Below, one piece after another: positions 36,901 to 47,013 of a DNA stretch of 59,653 nt. The stretch is from an uncultured Dehalococcoidia bacterium (GTDB taxonomy: Bacteria > Chloroflexota > Dehalococcoidia > Lucifugimonadales > CAZENU01), in assembly GCA_964513735.1 (NCBI GenBank), contig CAZENU010000007.1, positions 1 through 59,653 of the forward strand, read 5' to 3'. Under the pieces are notes generated by a model that was not told the origin of the DNA, ran no database searches, and saw nothing but the letters and a program-made list of their open reading frames with translations. The position numbers and the translations under genes are program-made. Every line of letters starts with the position of its first letter. The stretch's first letter is position 1.

Positions 36901-39132
36901 ATGGCATCCAACGTCGTCCTCTCGACCAAAGAGTTCAAGGTGGTGGGCAAGCGGCCAGTACGCCACGATGGCTACGACAAGGTCACCGGGAAAGCGCAGT
37001 ACGGCGCGGACGTCACCCTCCCAGGGATGCTGCACGGCAAGGTCCTGCGCAGCCCCCACGCACACGCCCGTATCCTTTCCGTCGACACGAGCAAGGCGGA
37101 GGCTCACCCCGACGTCAAAGCCGTCGCAACCGCGGCGGACTTCCCAGACGTGTCCGGCGATCCGGCGAAGCAGCAAGCTAGCGACAAGATCCTGGCAAGC
37201 AGCAAGGTGCTGTTTAAAGGCCACCCGATCGCGGCGGTTGCCGCGAGCAGTCTCCACGCCGCCGAAGAGGCGATGTCGTTGATCGAGGTCGAGTACGAGG
37301 TGCTGCCGCCGGTCACCAACATCGAGCAGGCGACCGCGGAGGGCGCCACGCTGCTCCACGAGGAGTACGAGGGCAACATCGAGAGCCACGACGAGCTGTC
37401 GATCGGCGACGTCAAAGAGGGGTTCAAACAGGCTGACGTCATCGTCGAGCGGGAGTTCTCCACCAAGACCGTCCACCAGGGCTACATCGAGCCCCATTCG
37501 GCCACTGCCTGGTGGCTTCCCAACGACCGCATCACGTTGTGGCAGAGCTCTCAGGGCCATTTCCAGATCGGGGAGAGCACCGCCGCCGTGCTCGGACTCC
37601 CGCCGTCCGCAATCAAGGTAATACCGTTGGAGATCGGCGGTGGGTTCGGTGGCAAGACCCTCACATACCTCGAGCCCATAGCCTGCATCCTCTCGCACAA
37701 GTCCAGCCGCCCGGTGAAAACGACGATGACCCGGGCCGAGGTCATGGAGGCCACGGGCCCGACCTCGGGGACCTACCAGAAGATCAAGATGGGCGCTACC
37801 AAGGACGGCAAGCTCGTCGCCGTCGAGGCCAAGCTGATGTACGAGGCCGGCGCCTTCCCGGGCTCTCCGGTGGGCGCGGCGGCCCAGTGCATGTTCACGC
37901 CCTACGACATGGAGAACGTCTACGTCGACTCCTATTCCGTGGTCAACAACAAGCCCAGCACCGGCTCCTACCGCGCTCCAGGCGCGCCTTCCGGGTCCTT
38001 CAGCGCCGAGGCCGTGGTCGACGAGATCTGCGAGCAGCTCTCGATGGACCCGCTGGAGTTCCGGCTGATCAACGCGGCGAAGGAGGGTACCCGCCGCGCC
38101 ACCGGCCTGGTCAACCCGGTCATCGGCTGCGTCGAGACGACGGAGGCGGCCAGGGCCCACGAACACTGGGCGACGCCGAAGAAGGAAGGTCCCTACGTCG
38201 GTCGCGGCATAGCCACCGGCTTCTGGATGAACGGCGCAGGGCCGGCATGCGCCACGGCCAACGTCAACTCCGACGGCACCGTCGGCCTCACCATCGGGTC
38301 GATGGACATCGGCGGCCTCCGACCCGTTGCGGCCCAGCAGTTCGCGGAGGTGCTCGGCATCCCCGCCGAGGACGTCAATCCGCAGGTTGGCGACACCGAC
38401 TCCATCGGCTACACGTCGATGACCGGCGGCAGCGGCGGCGCCTTCAAGACGGGCTTGGCCAGCTACGAGGCCGGTCAGGACGTGAAGAGGCAGATGATCG
38501 ATCGGGCAGCCCTTTTGTGGGACGCTTCGGCCGACGAGATCGAGCTGATCGACGGCATCTTCCGACACACCTCGGACCCCGAGCTGAGTATCAGCTTCAA
38601 GGACCTCGCCGAACAGGTCCAGAGCCTCGGAGGTCCTGTCGTGGGACGGGCCAACCTGAGCCCCAGTGGCGCGGGCAGCGCCTTCGCCATCAACATCGTC
38701 GACCTGGAGGTAGACCCGGAGACCGGCAAGGTGACTATCCTGCGCTTCACGGCGATCCAGGACGCGGGCAAGGCCATCCACCCCAGCTACGTCGAGGGCC
38801 AAATGCAGGGCGGCGCCGTGCAGGGTATTGGCTGGGCTCTCAACGAGGAATACTACATGAGCGACGACGGGGCCATGCAGAATACCAGCCTGCTGGACTA
38901 TCGCATGCCCACGGCGCTGGACCTGCCGATGATAGACACGGTGATTGTCGAGGTCGCCAACCCGCAGCATCCCTACGGGGTACGTGGGGTAGCCGAGGTC
39001 TCCTTGGTACCGCCCCTGGCGGCGGTGGCCAACGCCGTGTACGACGCCATCGGTGTGCGGCTGTACAGCCTGCCCATGAACCCGGCGGCCGTCGTCAAGG
39101 CGATCCAGGAGAAGAACGGCACCTTACGTTAG
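36901..39132 (+). CDS. Xanthine dehydrogenase family molybdopterin-binding large subunit, paralogue 2
   Basis: DKVTG, GGGFGGK, SYRAPG, VEGQMQGG and RGVAE; GGAGG ribosome-binding site; extended -10 TGATAGAAT near 36853. Confidence 0.94.
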   Translation: MASNVVLSTKEFKVVGKRPVRHDGYDKVTGKAQYGADVTLPGMLHGKVLRSPHAHARILSVDTSKAEAHPDVKAVATAADFPDVSGDPAKQQASDKILASSKVLFKGHPIAAVAASSLHAAEEAMSLIEVEYEVLPPVTNIEQATAEGATLLHEEYEGNIESHDELSIGDVKEGFKQADVIVEREFSTKTVHQGYIEPHSATAWWLPNDRITLWQSSQGHFQIGESTAAVLGLPPSAIKVIPLEIGGGFGGKTLTYLEPIACILSHKSSRPVKTTMTRAEVMEATGPTSGTYQKIKMGATKDGKLVAVEAKLMYEAGAFPGSPVGAAAQCMFTPYDMENVYVDSYSVVNNKPSTGSYRAPGAPSGSFSAEAVVDEICEQLSMDPLEFRLINAAKEGTRRATGLVNPVIGCVETTEAARAHEHWATPKKEGPYVGRGIATGFWMNGAGPACATANVNSDGTVGLTIGSMDIGGLRPVAAQQFAEVLGIPAEDVNPQVGDTDSIGYTSMTGGSGGAFKTGLASYEAGQDVKRQMIDRAALLWDASADEIELIDGIFRHTSDPELSISFKDLAEQVQSLGGPVVGRANLSPSGAGSAFAINIVDLEVDPETGKVTILRFTAIQDAGKAIHPSYVEGQMQGGAVQGIGWALNEEYYMSDDGAMQNTSLLDYRMPTALDLPMIDTVIVEVANPQHPYGVRGVAEVSLVPPLAAVANAVYDAIGVRLYSLPMNPAAVVKAIQEKNGTLR

Positions 39133-39181
39133 GGCCGGATGACAAGCCTGGACGGCGGGCTGCTCAGCCCGCCGCGGGTCG

Positions 39182-39297
39182 CAGGTTCGGGATCACACTT
39201 CCTCTGCCAGAGCCTGCAGGTGCTCCATGTGGTCGAAGGCCGGGTTGAGCATTATTAGCATCTGCGACCCCGAGTCCGCCGCCCTCTGAAGCCCCTC
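39182..39297 (-). pseudogene. C-terminal remnant of an LLM-class oxidoreductase
   Basis: EGLQRAADSGSQMLIMLNPAFDHMEHLQALAEEV, then IPNL in a shifted frame. Confidence 0.55.
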
Positions 39298-39378
39298 AAC
39301 GCACCACGCCGGTAGTGCCGCGTGACGCCCTCATACACCACCGGTCCCTGGCCGGAACGGCCTGACAGGAGCGACGAA

Positions 39379-40461
39379 ATGAAGCACTCCACGATCTTCA
39401 GAGAACAGGGTGTCTACGGCGCTTTCCCGGTCCTAAATCACATTCCGGACGGGCGCCTGACGATAGGATTCAGCCGCTCGACGTTCCACGACCACTACGC
39501 CACCGGCGAGTGGACCGTGCTCGTCTCCGCGGATGATGGCGACACCTGGGCTGGGACCGACGATCCGTCGGTCCCGGCGACCTGGCCGGGCTCCAACACT
39601 CGAGAGCGCAGCGACCGCTTCGCCGGCGTAATGCCCGACGGCTCCTACGTCTGCGCCGGCAAGACGGGCAGCGAGTCGTGGCCTGCGTCACGAAGAGCGG
39701 AGGCCGAGGAGCGAGGGTATTGGGTCCGGGAGCATCCGCAGGGCGACGACAGGGTGATGGTGACCCCGCCCGCGTTGTTCGTCCAGCGGTCGACCGACCG
39801 GGGGCAGACATGGCAGCGCACCGAATGGGACGCGCCTGGATTTCAGGGGTTCGGGTTCTCGCGCCCCAAGGTCCTGCACGACGGCACGGTCCTTGAGCCG
39901 GTCTATGGCACCGCGGCCGACGGGGCGCGGCTGGTCTACGTCTGGCGCGGCACCGACGGCGGCCGGACCTGGCGGCTTCGCAAGGTGGGCTCGACCGGTG
40001 GCGAGTCGGCGTTTCTGGAGGTTGAACCCGGACGTGTGCTATGCCTGTCGAGGACCGCGGAGGGCGAGTCGGGAGGCTACCTGGTCCACATGTGGTCGGA
40101 GGACGGCGGCCTTAGCTGGTCGGAGGCCATGAATACCAACGTCTGGACGCCCCACTCGCCTCCGCATCTAATCAAGCTCAGCGACGGGAGGATCCTGCTC
40201 AGCCACGGATACCGCAGAGACCCCATGGGCATACGCGCGGTCCTCAGCAGCGACGGCGGGCAAACGTGGGACGTCGACAACACGGTGGTGTTACGAGACG
40301 ACGGTGGATACGTCGGCGAGATGGCCCCCCAGGGAAGCGCCGGAGGCGACGTCGGCTATCCGCACTCGACGCAGCTATCCGATGGCAGCGTCCTGACCGT
40401 CTACTACATCACTCCTGCGGACCGGGTCACCCAGATAGCGTCGACACGTTGGGACCCGTAG
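39379..40461 (+). CDS. BNR/Asp-box sialidase-like beta-propeller protein
   Basis: Five Asp-boxes (SADDGDTW, STDRGQTW, TDGGRTW, SEDGGLSW, SSDGGQTW) and DVGYP. Confidence 0.85.
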   Translation: MKHSTIFREQGVYGAFPVLNHIPDGRLTIGFSRSTFHDHYATGEWTVLVSADDGDTWAGTDDPSVPATWPGSNTRERSDRFAGVMPDGSYVCAGKTGSESWPASRRAEAEERGYWVREHPQGDDRVMVTPPALFVQRSTDRGQTWQRTEWDAPGFQGFGFSRPKVLHDGTVLEPVYGTAADGARLVYVWRGTDGGRTWRLRKVGSTGGESAFLEVEPGRVLCLSRTAEGESGGYLVHMWSEDGGLSWSEAMNTNVWTPHSPPHLIKLSDGRILLSHGYRRDPMGIRAVLSSDGGQTWDVDNTVVLRDDGGYVGEMAPQGSAGGDVGYPHSTQLSDGSVLTVYYITPADRVTQIASTRWDP

Positions 40462-40470
40462 ACCGAACAC

Positions 40471-40552
40471 AACCACAGAGATCACAGAGCAGGCGGGGCA
40501 GAACAGCTCGAAACCCTTCCTACCACTGCGCTCTCGGCGTGCTCTGCGGTGA
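40471..40552. repeat. ACCACAGAG-family inverted-repeat element, copy 2
   Basis: AACCACAGAGATCACAGAG...CTCGGCGTGCTCTGCGGTGA. Confidence 0.65.
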
Positions 40553-40676
40553 GATCTGTTCGATGCCCGCGCTTGACCCTTGCATGATGCCCGCCTGGAC
40601 TGAGGCGGGCCGACTACGACAACGTCTGATGGCGCCGTTCGATAGGCGATTCGGGCCGTGGTTGGGGGTATAAGCG

Positions 40677-41006
40677 ATGCCATACTCGGAAGCGTTGGCC
40701 GAGCGTGTCAGGGTGCTGCTGCAGGAGTCTCCGTGGTACGCCGAGAAGAGGATGTTCGGCGGGCTTACCTTCATGGTCAGAGGGCACATGTGCTGCGGGG
40801 TTATCGGCGACGAGTTGATGGTCCGCGTCGGCAAAGACCTGAACGACGAGGCCCTGTCGCGCCCTCACGCCCGTCCCATGGACTTCACCGGCAAGCCGAT
40901 GGCCGGGTTCATATACGGCGGGGCCGAAGGGCTCACCTCGGATTCCGAGCTGACGGAGTGGGTCGACCTCGGGCTCCAGTTCAACTCGACAATGCCTGAG
41001 AAGTAG
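40677..41006 (+). CDS. TfoX N-terminal domain protein
   Basis: YSEALAERVR, EKRMFGGLTFMVRGHM and LMVRVG. Confidence 0.88.
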   Translation: MPYSEALAERVRVLLQESPWYAEKRMFGGLTFMVRGHMCCGVIGDELMVRVGKDLNDEALSRPHARPMDFTGKPMAGFIYGGAEGLTSDSELTEWVDLGLQFNSTMPEK

Positions 41007-41030
41007 CTCCCACCCTATGGAGAACCGACA

Positions 41031-42710
41031 ATGGCACCCACATACGACATAGACATGCACCTGAACGTCAAAACGCCCATGCGGGATGGGGTCGAGATGT
41101 CGTCCGACATATATCAACCCAGGGCGCCGGGCCAGTTTCCGACGGTGCTGATACGGACGCCGTACAGCAACAACATGGAGACCATGATCGAGAAGGCGCG
41201 GGCACTGGCCAACGTCGGCTACGTCTGCGTCGTCCAGGACACGCGCGGACGTTGGGACTCGGATGGCGAGCACTACCCGTTCACCCTCGACGGCGCGGAC
41301 GGGTTCGATACCCAGGAGTGGATCGGCCGGCAGGAGTGGAGCAACGGCAAGATCGGCATGGCCGGCGGCTCCTACGTCGGCCTCGTCCAGTGGCAGAGCG
41401 CTCCACACCGCAGCCGGCACCTGACGTGCATGGTCCCCAGAGTCATCTGCAACGACTTCTTCAGCGGCCTCGTCTACCCCGGCGGCGCGTTGCAGCTCAA
41501 CGTGCTGCTGTCATGGGGCATGCGGACCAACGGCCGGACTGCCCAGAGCATCGAGTACCACAACTGGACGGAGGCTTTCCACCATCTGCCGCTGATCGAG
41601 ATGGACCGCCTCGCGGGTCGCGACCTAGACTTCTGGAAAGACTGGATCGAGCACTCCACGTACGACGACTACTGGAGAGCCATCGACGTAGAGGGCAGGT
41701 GGGGCGAGATCACTGCCCCAGCCTTCAACATGGGCGGCTGGTACGACCTCTACTCATCCGAAACCTTCACCAATTTCAACGGCCTGAGGCTACACGGCGG
41801 CAGTGCCGAGGCGCGTAAGAGCAAGCTCATCGTCGGACCGTGGCCCCACGCGCTGAGCGCGTCCTCCAAGACCGGCGACATCGACTTTGGCGCCGCCTCT
41901 CAGGTCGACCTTGACGGGCTGGAGCTACGCTGGTTCGACTACTGGCTCAAGGGCATCGACAACGGGATCGTCGACGAGCCGCCGCTGCGGCTGTTCATCA
42001 TGGGCGTAAACGAGTGGCGCGACGAGCACGAGTGGCCTCTGGCACGGACGGACTGGCAGAAGTGGCACCTCCGCTCACAGGGCGGCGCCAACAGCGTCCG
42101 CGGCGATGGCCGTCTCTCCACAACCGAGCCCGACGACGAGCCAGCGGACGGCTTCGCATATGACCCGCGATTCCCGGTCCAGACCGTCGGAGGAGCCAAC
42201 TGCTGCTCGCCCCACATCGTTCCGTGGGGGCCTTACGACCAGCGCAGCGTCGAGATGCGGTCGGACGTGCTGTGCTACACGTCGGCGCCGATGGAGCGGG
42301 ACCTGGAGGTGACCGGGCCGATAAAGGTGGTGCTGTACGCCGCCACCGACGGGTCCGACACCGACTGGACCGCCAAGCTGCTCGACGTGTCGCCGACCGG
42401 CTATGCCATGAACCTCTGCGACGGCATCATCCGCGCGCGCTACCGCAAGAGCCGCAGCACGCCGACTCTGCTCACCGCGGGCCGGGTGTACCGCTACGAG
42501 ATCGAGGTCGGGGTGACCGGCAACGTGTTCCGGCACGGCCACTCAGTGCGTCTGGAGATATCATCGTCCAACTTCCCGAGGTTCGACCGCAACCCCAACA
42601 CCGGACATGACATCGGTAGGGATGCCGAGCTCAGGGCCGCGGTCCAGAGAGTCGAGCACTCACGGGAGCACCCGTCGCACATTCTGCTGCCGGTGATCCC
42701 GGCAGGATAG
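41031..42710 (+). CDS. CocE/NonD family serine hydrolase
   Basis: MRDGV, RTPY, QDTRGR..SDG, GGSY, GGWYD, GPWPH and SSSNFPRFDRN. Confidence 0.95.
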   Translation: MAPTYDIDMHLNVKTPMRDGVEMSSDIYQPRAPGQFPTVLIRTPYSNNMETMIEKARALANVGYVCVVQDTRGRWDSDGEHYPFTLDGADGFDTQEWIGRQEWSNGKIGMAGGSYVGLVQWQSAPHRSRHLTCMVPRVICNDFFSGLVYPGGALQLNVLLSWGMRTNGRTAQSIEYHNWTEAFHHLPLIEMDRLAGRDLDFWKDWIEHSTYDDYWRAIDVEGRWGEITAPAFNMGGWYDLYSSETFTNFNGLRLHGGSAEARKSKLIVGPWPHALSASSKTGDIDFGAASQVDLDGLELRWFDYWLKGIDNGIVDEPPLRLFIMGVNEWRDEHEWPLARTDWQKWHLRSQGGANSVRGDGRLSTTEPDDEPADGFAYDPRFPVQTVGGANCCSPHIVPWGPYDQRSVEMRSDVLCYTSAPMERDLEVTGPIKVVLYAATDGSDTDWTAKLLDVSPTGYAMNLCDGIIRARYRKSRSTPTLLTAGRVYRYEIEVGVTGNVFRHGHSVRLEISSSNFPRFDRNPNTGHDIGRDAELRAAVQRVEHSREHPSHILLPVIPAG

Positions 42711-42877
42711 CGGCGTGAAAGCTAATCCGGCCTCGGCTCCGCTTCCAGGGTTTCGGATTTCCCTACCGCTAATCCTGCACCGATAGAAATCCAGGCGAAG
42801 CGACAACGATCCCCGAGGTGCCGTGTCCCCTGTTGGCTATCAGTGATCCAGTGAGCTCTTCAAGGCTATATGACGGA

Positions 42878-43257
42878 GTGATCCCTCTGCGCACGAGCGC
42901 CAGTCCCGATTCGAGCGCGCTCTCCCGATCATCCTGTTGCTTGCAGTGGTAGTCGGTCTCGCATGCTCGAGTAGTGACGGCGACGGCACGGCCGGCGGTG
43001 GCGCGTCTACCCGTGGTGATGGCGCCCAGCCTGCCGCCGCGACCGGCGGCAGAGCCGGGGCTGAATACGAGAGGTACGTCCTCAAGCAGACTTTCGATAC
43101 GGGGATCGAGGTCACAAGTTCGGTGTTCAACCGCATCAGGCGTATTCCAAAGATCAACGTCTGCCCGGGACGCTCGCCAAAGCCCGGACAGGCCTTTGAG
43201 CAAGACGCCCTTTCGAAATACGTGGAAGACTCCGCCAGGGCGTTCACTACTTGTTGA
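42878..43257 (+). pseudogene. 5' fragment of a YbhB/PEBP lipoprotein paralogue, cut off at the ychF 3' end
   Basis: GLAC lipobox; YVLKQTFDTGIEVTSSVFNRIRRIPK aligns with YTLQQTFDLNIEVTSPVFSRIRRIPK of the 51835 gene. Confidence 0.75.
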
Positions 43258-44317
43258 AGCGGACCACCACAATGTCTCCGTCCTGTACCTCGTATTCCGA
43301 TCCTTCCAGACGCTGGCGGCCCGCCTTCGCGACCGCCGACTCGTTGCCCAGCTCCATCAGATCAAGATAGCTGATGACCTCCATACGGATGAAACCTGCT
43401 TCCATGTCTGAGTGAATCTTACCCGACGCAGCCGGCGCCTTGTCACCTTTCCGGCAAGTCCAAGCGCGGACTTCATCTGCACCGGTAGTGAAGAAGCTGA
43501 TCAGCCCCAGTTTCCCGTATGCGGCACCGAGCAACCGTTCCATCGAAGACTCCTTGAGACCCAGTCCCTCCAGGAACTCCTCTCGCTCGTCCGGTTCGAG
43601 CTGGCTTATGTCGGCTTCCTCTTGACCACACACGGTGATCAACTCCGTGCCCTCAGTCTCGGAAATCCCTCTCAAAACAGCCACGTGTGCGTTGTCAGAG
43701 TCGTCGACGGACTTGATGTTCGCGACGTACAGCACGGGCTTCAGCGACACAAGATTGCATTCGCGAATGCTGTTCATCTCCGACGGGCTGAGGCCTTGCT
43801 TCCGTGCCGGCGTGCCGCTCTGGATGGCATCGTACACTTTCCGGCAGTCTGAGCTTTCCCGCATGGCGTCTTCGTCCCGGGAGCGGACTCTCTTGGCCAG
43901 ACGCTGTATCTTGCCATCGAGCGTGGCGCTGTCGGCGACCATCAGCTCCAACTCGATATCCTCCACGTCTCTCAGCGGGTCGATCGTCTCATGCACAAAC
44001 GGAATGCCGCCGTCCTCAAAGCATCGCACCACATGCAGAAGGGCATCGACATCTTTGATGTCTCCAAGCTGTCGCAGGCCCCGCCCATCGCCGTCGGAGA
44101 CGAGCCCAGGGATATCTACAACCTCGAGCCTCGCCGGCCGGGTCTTCAGCGGATGATACATCTCGACCAGCTTGTCCAATCGCTGATCGGGTATTTCGAC
44201 GACGGAGCGATTGACCCTAGGGCCGTCATAGCTCGATGCACCGGCGGCAGTAATGGCGTTCAGAATGACGGTCTTCCCGCATGACGGCAGACCTATCAGA
44301 CCGCAAATCAAGCTCAT
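43247..44317 (-). CDS. ychF: YchF-family redox-regulated ATPase (divergent)
   Basis: GLPSCGKT, DIPGL, HVVRCF, KPVLYVAN, FFTTG.DEVRAW, IHSDME.GFIR and Y.VQDGDI. Confidence 0.88.
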   Translation of the reverse strand: MSLICGLIGLPSCGKTVILNAITAAGASSYDGPRVNRSVVEIPDQRLDKLVEMYHPLKTRPARLEVVDIPGLVSDGDGRGLRQLGDIKDVDALLHVVRCFEDGGIPFVHETIDPLRDVEDIELELMVADSATLDGKIQRLAKRVRSRDEDAMRESSDCRKVYDAIQSGTPARKQGLSPSEMNSIRECNLVSLKPVLYVANIKSVDDSDNAHVAVLRGISETEGTELITVCGQEEADISQLEPDEREEFLEGLGLKESSMERLLGAAYGKLGLISFFTTGADEVRAWTCRKGDKAPAASGKIHSDMEAGFIRMEVISYLDLMELGNESAVAKAGRQRLEGSEYEVQDGDIVVVRFNK

Positions 44318-44501
44318 GTTAGCTCTTCTGTCGGTGGGATTGACTGAGGGCGGCTGACCAAAACCCTGCTGCCTGGACCGACCCCGAGACTCGGCGGCGG
44401 GATCAGACGGACCACAGTGCGGACGTACGGCAGCAGTTCCTTAGCCCCGCGCCAGTACCGCGTGGAGCGCGGCCGGCACGAGCAATGAATCGAACCCCGA
44501 G

Positions 44502-45608
44502 TCAAGCCCGCATGTCTCCAATGCGGACCGCCCGCCGCGTCGCAGACGACTCCTTGGCCGCTTCGACGATCTCCAGCAGATGAGCTGAGTCTTGGATGGG
44601 AGCAGGTGCGGGAGCGCCGGTCCGCGAGGATTTCAAGAAGTCGCTAAAGAGTTGCTCGGCCATGATCCCTCCATATCCCGGAGTCTCCGGCATCTCGAAT
44701 GTCTGCCGCCGCATCCTCCCCGCGACCCAGTGGCGGGCCTCGCTGAAGAGTACATACGTGCCCGCGTCCTCGGCCTCGTGATGCGCCGATGACGCGGACG
44801 GCCGAACCAGCGGCAGCTCGGCGAAGCCTTTCGTGCCCCGCATGCCTATGTAGAAATCGTAGGTCCCCTTGCCGCCTCTCAGGTGATAGCCGGCATGGAA
44901 GGTGCCCAGCCTCCCGCTCTCGAACTGCAGGACCAGGAAACCGGTGTCCTCGACGGCCACCCGCTCCGGGTTCAAATTCCCTACCATCGCCATCACCTCG
45001 ACTACCCTTTCCTCCATCAGGTACAGGACCAGGTCGAGACTGTGGCAGCCCAACCAGGACAGGATGCCGCTGCCGGCGGTCTTGGGGTCGAACTGGTAGG
45101 TTGAAGTGTCTCGATAGAGTAGCAACCCGTTGAGGAGCTTACCCTCGATGGTCATGACGTCGCCAAGGGCCCCCTGGCGTAAGGCGTGCTTGAGCTCCTG
45201 GACCATCGGGTGGTACCGCCACTGCAGCATCGCTCCGGCGGTGACGCCCTTCTCGCTGGCCAGGTCGACCACGCGCCGCAGGTAGGACGAATGGACCGCG
45301 CCAGGCTTGTCGTACAGCACCGGCAGCCCGGCGCTGACGACTTGCTCCAGAATGGCGGGCGCGTGGTCGGCGCGAGCGCACACGGTCACGGCGTCGAGAT
45401 CCCGCCTGGCCAGCAGTTCCTTCACGTCCAGGGTCTTGGAGACGACTTTCGCCGACTCGGCAGCCATCTCATCGACGTCAGCGAGCTCGGTTGCAGCGCA
45501 GACGTGGATGACCTCCACCTCGGGAAGCTGGTCGAGGACGAGCACGTGACCGCGCTCGTGTCCATGGGACGAGATCGCTCCGACCACGTACTTCTTGTCA
45601 CCGTTCAT
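44502..45608 (-). CDS. Gfo/Idh/MocA family oxidoreductase (divergent N-terminus)
   Basis: VLYDKPG, GSGILSWLGCHSLD and VEDTG..L.FESG.LG. Confidence 0.85.
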   Translation of the reverse strand: MNGDKKYVVGAISSHGHERGHVLVLDQLPEVEVIHVCAATELADVDEMAAESAKVVSKTLDVKELLARRDLDAVTVCARADHAPAILEQVVSAGLPVLYDKPGAVHSSYLRRVVDLASEKGVTAGAMLQWRYHPMVQELKHALRQGALGDVMTIEGKLLNGLLLYRDTSTYQFDPKTAGSGILSWLGCHSLDLVLYLMEERVVEVMAMVGNLNPERVAVEDTGFLVLQFESGRLGTFHAGYHLRGGKGTYDFYIGMRGTKGFAELPLVRPSASSAHHEAEDAGTYVLFSEARHWVAGRMRRQTFEMPETPGYGGIMAEQLFSDFLKSSRTGAPAPAPIQDSAHLLEIVEAAKESSATRRAVRIGDMRA

Positions 45609-45975
45609 CGCTGAACCCTCACTTCTTTCAGGCGAGAGCCTCTCGGCCTTGCCGTTGATGCCGGGCGCCTCGGGACAGTGCCGATTGCACTATCCGCTTG
45701 TCGCGACACGCTCTGAATCGCCAAAGATACCGCCGCTATTGGAGCATCGGAGTGGCTTCCTGAGACCCCCGCAGTCACAAACCGACGACATTTGTTGGGC
45801 CTCAATGGCGAACCGTATCTCCTAGCACAGGGACAATAACACAGCGTTGACCCAAGATGGCGGCATCCGTTCGCGCCCCGCCGAGGCGTGGGCAACCACC
45901 TTCGCCTTCAACCCGTGTATCCTGGGCACGGTCGGGTTTCAGGAAGTCGTCAACGAGCCCTTTTCCGGAGGAGCC

Positions 45976-46908
45976 ATGCAAATCCCCGAGTCCGATCGAA
46001 AGAAACCGACGTCTGAAGAGATCGACGCGTTGCTCCGGGAGAGGCGCAACTGGGGCCGATGGGGGGCGAGCGGAAGCGCCGGCGCCATGAACATGGTCAC
46101 GCCGGAGAAGCGTCGCCGGGCCGCCGGCCTCGTGAAGAGCGGCCGTGCCGTTTCCCTGAGCCGCCCCCTGCCCGTCCAGCCAAGCACCGAGAACCCGCAG
46201 CCCGTGCATCACTACATGAGAGTCAGCCTGTTCGAGGACGGTAGTGGCGGGGCCGCGATGGACTACATCGGCATCTACCAGCACGGCTTCAGCGTCACCC
46301 ATATCGACGCGCTGTGCCACCACTGGGGCGGCGACGGGATGTGGGACGGCCACGACCCCGGACGTGAGATCGGCTTTGACGGTGCGCGGCAGGGCTCCGT
46401 CGACGCGTGGAGCGATGGCGTTATGACACGCGGCGTGCTGCTGGACATTCCAAAGCATCGCGGCCGGCCCTACGTCGAGGTCGGCAGCCCCGTCCACGGA
46501 TGGGAGCTGGAGGAAATTGCCGCCGCCCAGGGCGTGGAGTTGGAACCGGGCGACGCCTTGCTGCTGAACTGCGGGCGCGAGTCCTACGCGGCCGACCACG
46601 GCGGCATCTTCTACGACCCGCCGTCGTACCCCGGAGTCCACCCGTCGTGCATGGAGTTCATACGCGACCACGACGTGGCCCTGCTTGGCTGGGACATGTC
46701 CGACGACTCGTCATCAGAGTACGGCATGGCCAGGACGGTCCATTCCGTACTGAGCGCCTTCGGCGTCGCCATCGTCGACAACGCCCTTCTAGAGCCTCTT
46801 GCCCAGGCGTGCGCCGAGGAAGGACGGTACGAGTTCATGCTCACCGTCAACCCGCTGATTGTGGTCGGAGGCACCGGCTCCCCCGTCAACCCCATCGCCA
46901 CCTTCTGA
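45976..46908 (+). CDS. Cyclase family metal-dependent hydrolase
   Basis: NWGRWG, THIDALCH, TRGVLLDIP and GGTGSPVNPIA; GGAGGAG ribosome-binding site. Confidence 0.92.
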   Translation: MQIPESDRKKPTSEEIDALLRERRNWGRWGASGSAGAMNMVTPEKRRRAAGLVKSGRAVSLSRPLPVQPSTENPQPVHHYMRVSLFEDGSGGAAMDYIGIYQHGFSVTHIDALCHHWGGDGMWDGHDPGREIGFDGARQGSVDAWSDGVMTRGVLLDIPKHRGRPYVEVGSPVHGWELEEIAAAQGVELEPGDALLLNCGRESYAADHGGIFYDPPSYPGVHPSCMEFIRDHDVALLGWDMSDDSSSEYGMARTVHSVLSAFGVAIVDNALLEPLAQACAEEGRYEFMLTVNPLIVVGGTGSPVNPIATF

Positions 46909-47013
46909 AGGCAGCGAGTGCTTTCGCCACACTGTCTTCCGCGATGGCAACATCTTCCGGACGTGCTACCGGTGCGCTCAAGCTAGACATCCGTCCGGAA
47001 CGCTACGGCCAGG

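Noticed and set aside
36874-38970. 698-aa antisense ORF and 578-aa alternate-frame ORF (37512..39248) over the Mo-hydroxylase gene
   Set aside because: Shadow ORFs expected from high-GC codon bias; no motifs and Arg/Gly/Pro-rich composition. The same applies to most other overlapping ORFs in the track.
39153-39174. Intrinsic terminator after Mo-hydroxylase paralogue 2
   Set aside because: Strong GC stem (CGGCGGGCTG-CT-CAGCCCGCCG) but no U-tract on either strand.
44314-44505. 63-aa ORF bridging the Gfo gene and ychF
   Set aside because: It overlaps both neighbours by 4 bp but has no ribosome-binding site or recognisable motif; unsupported.
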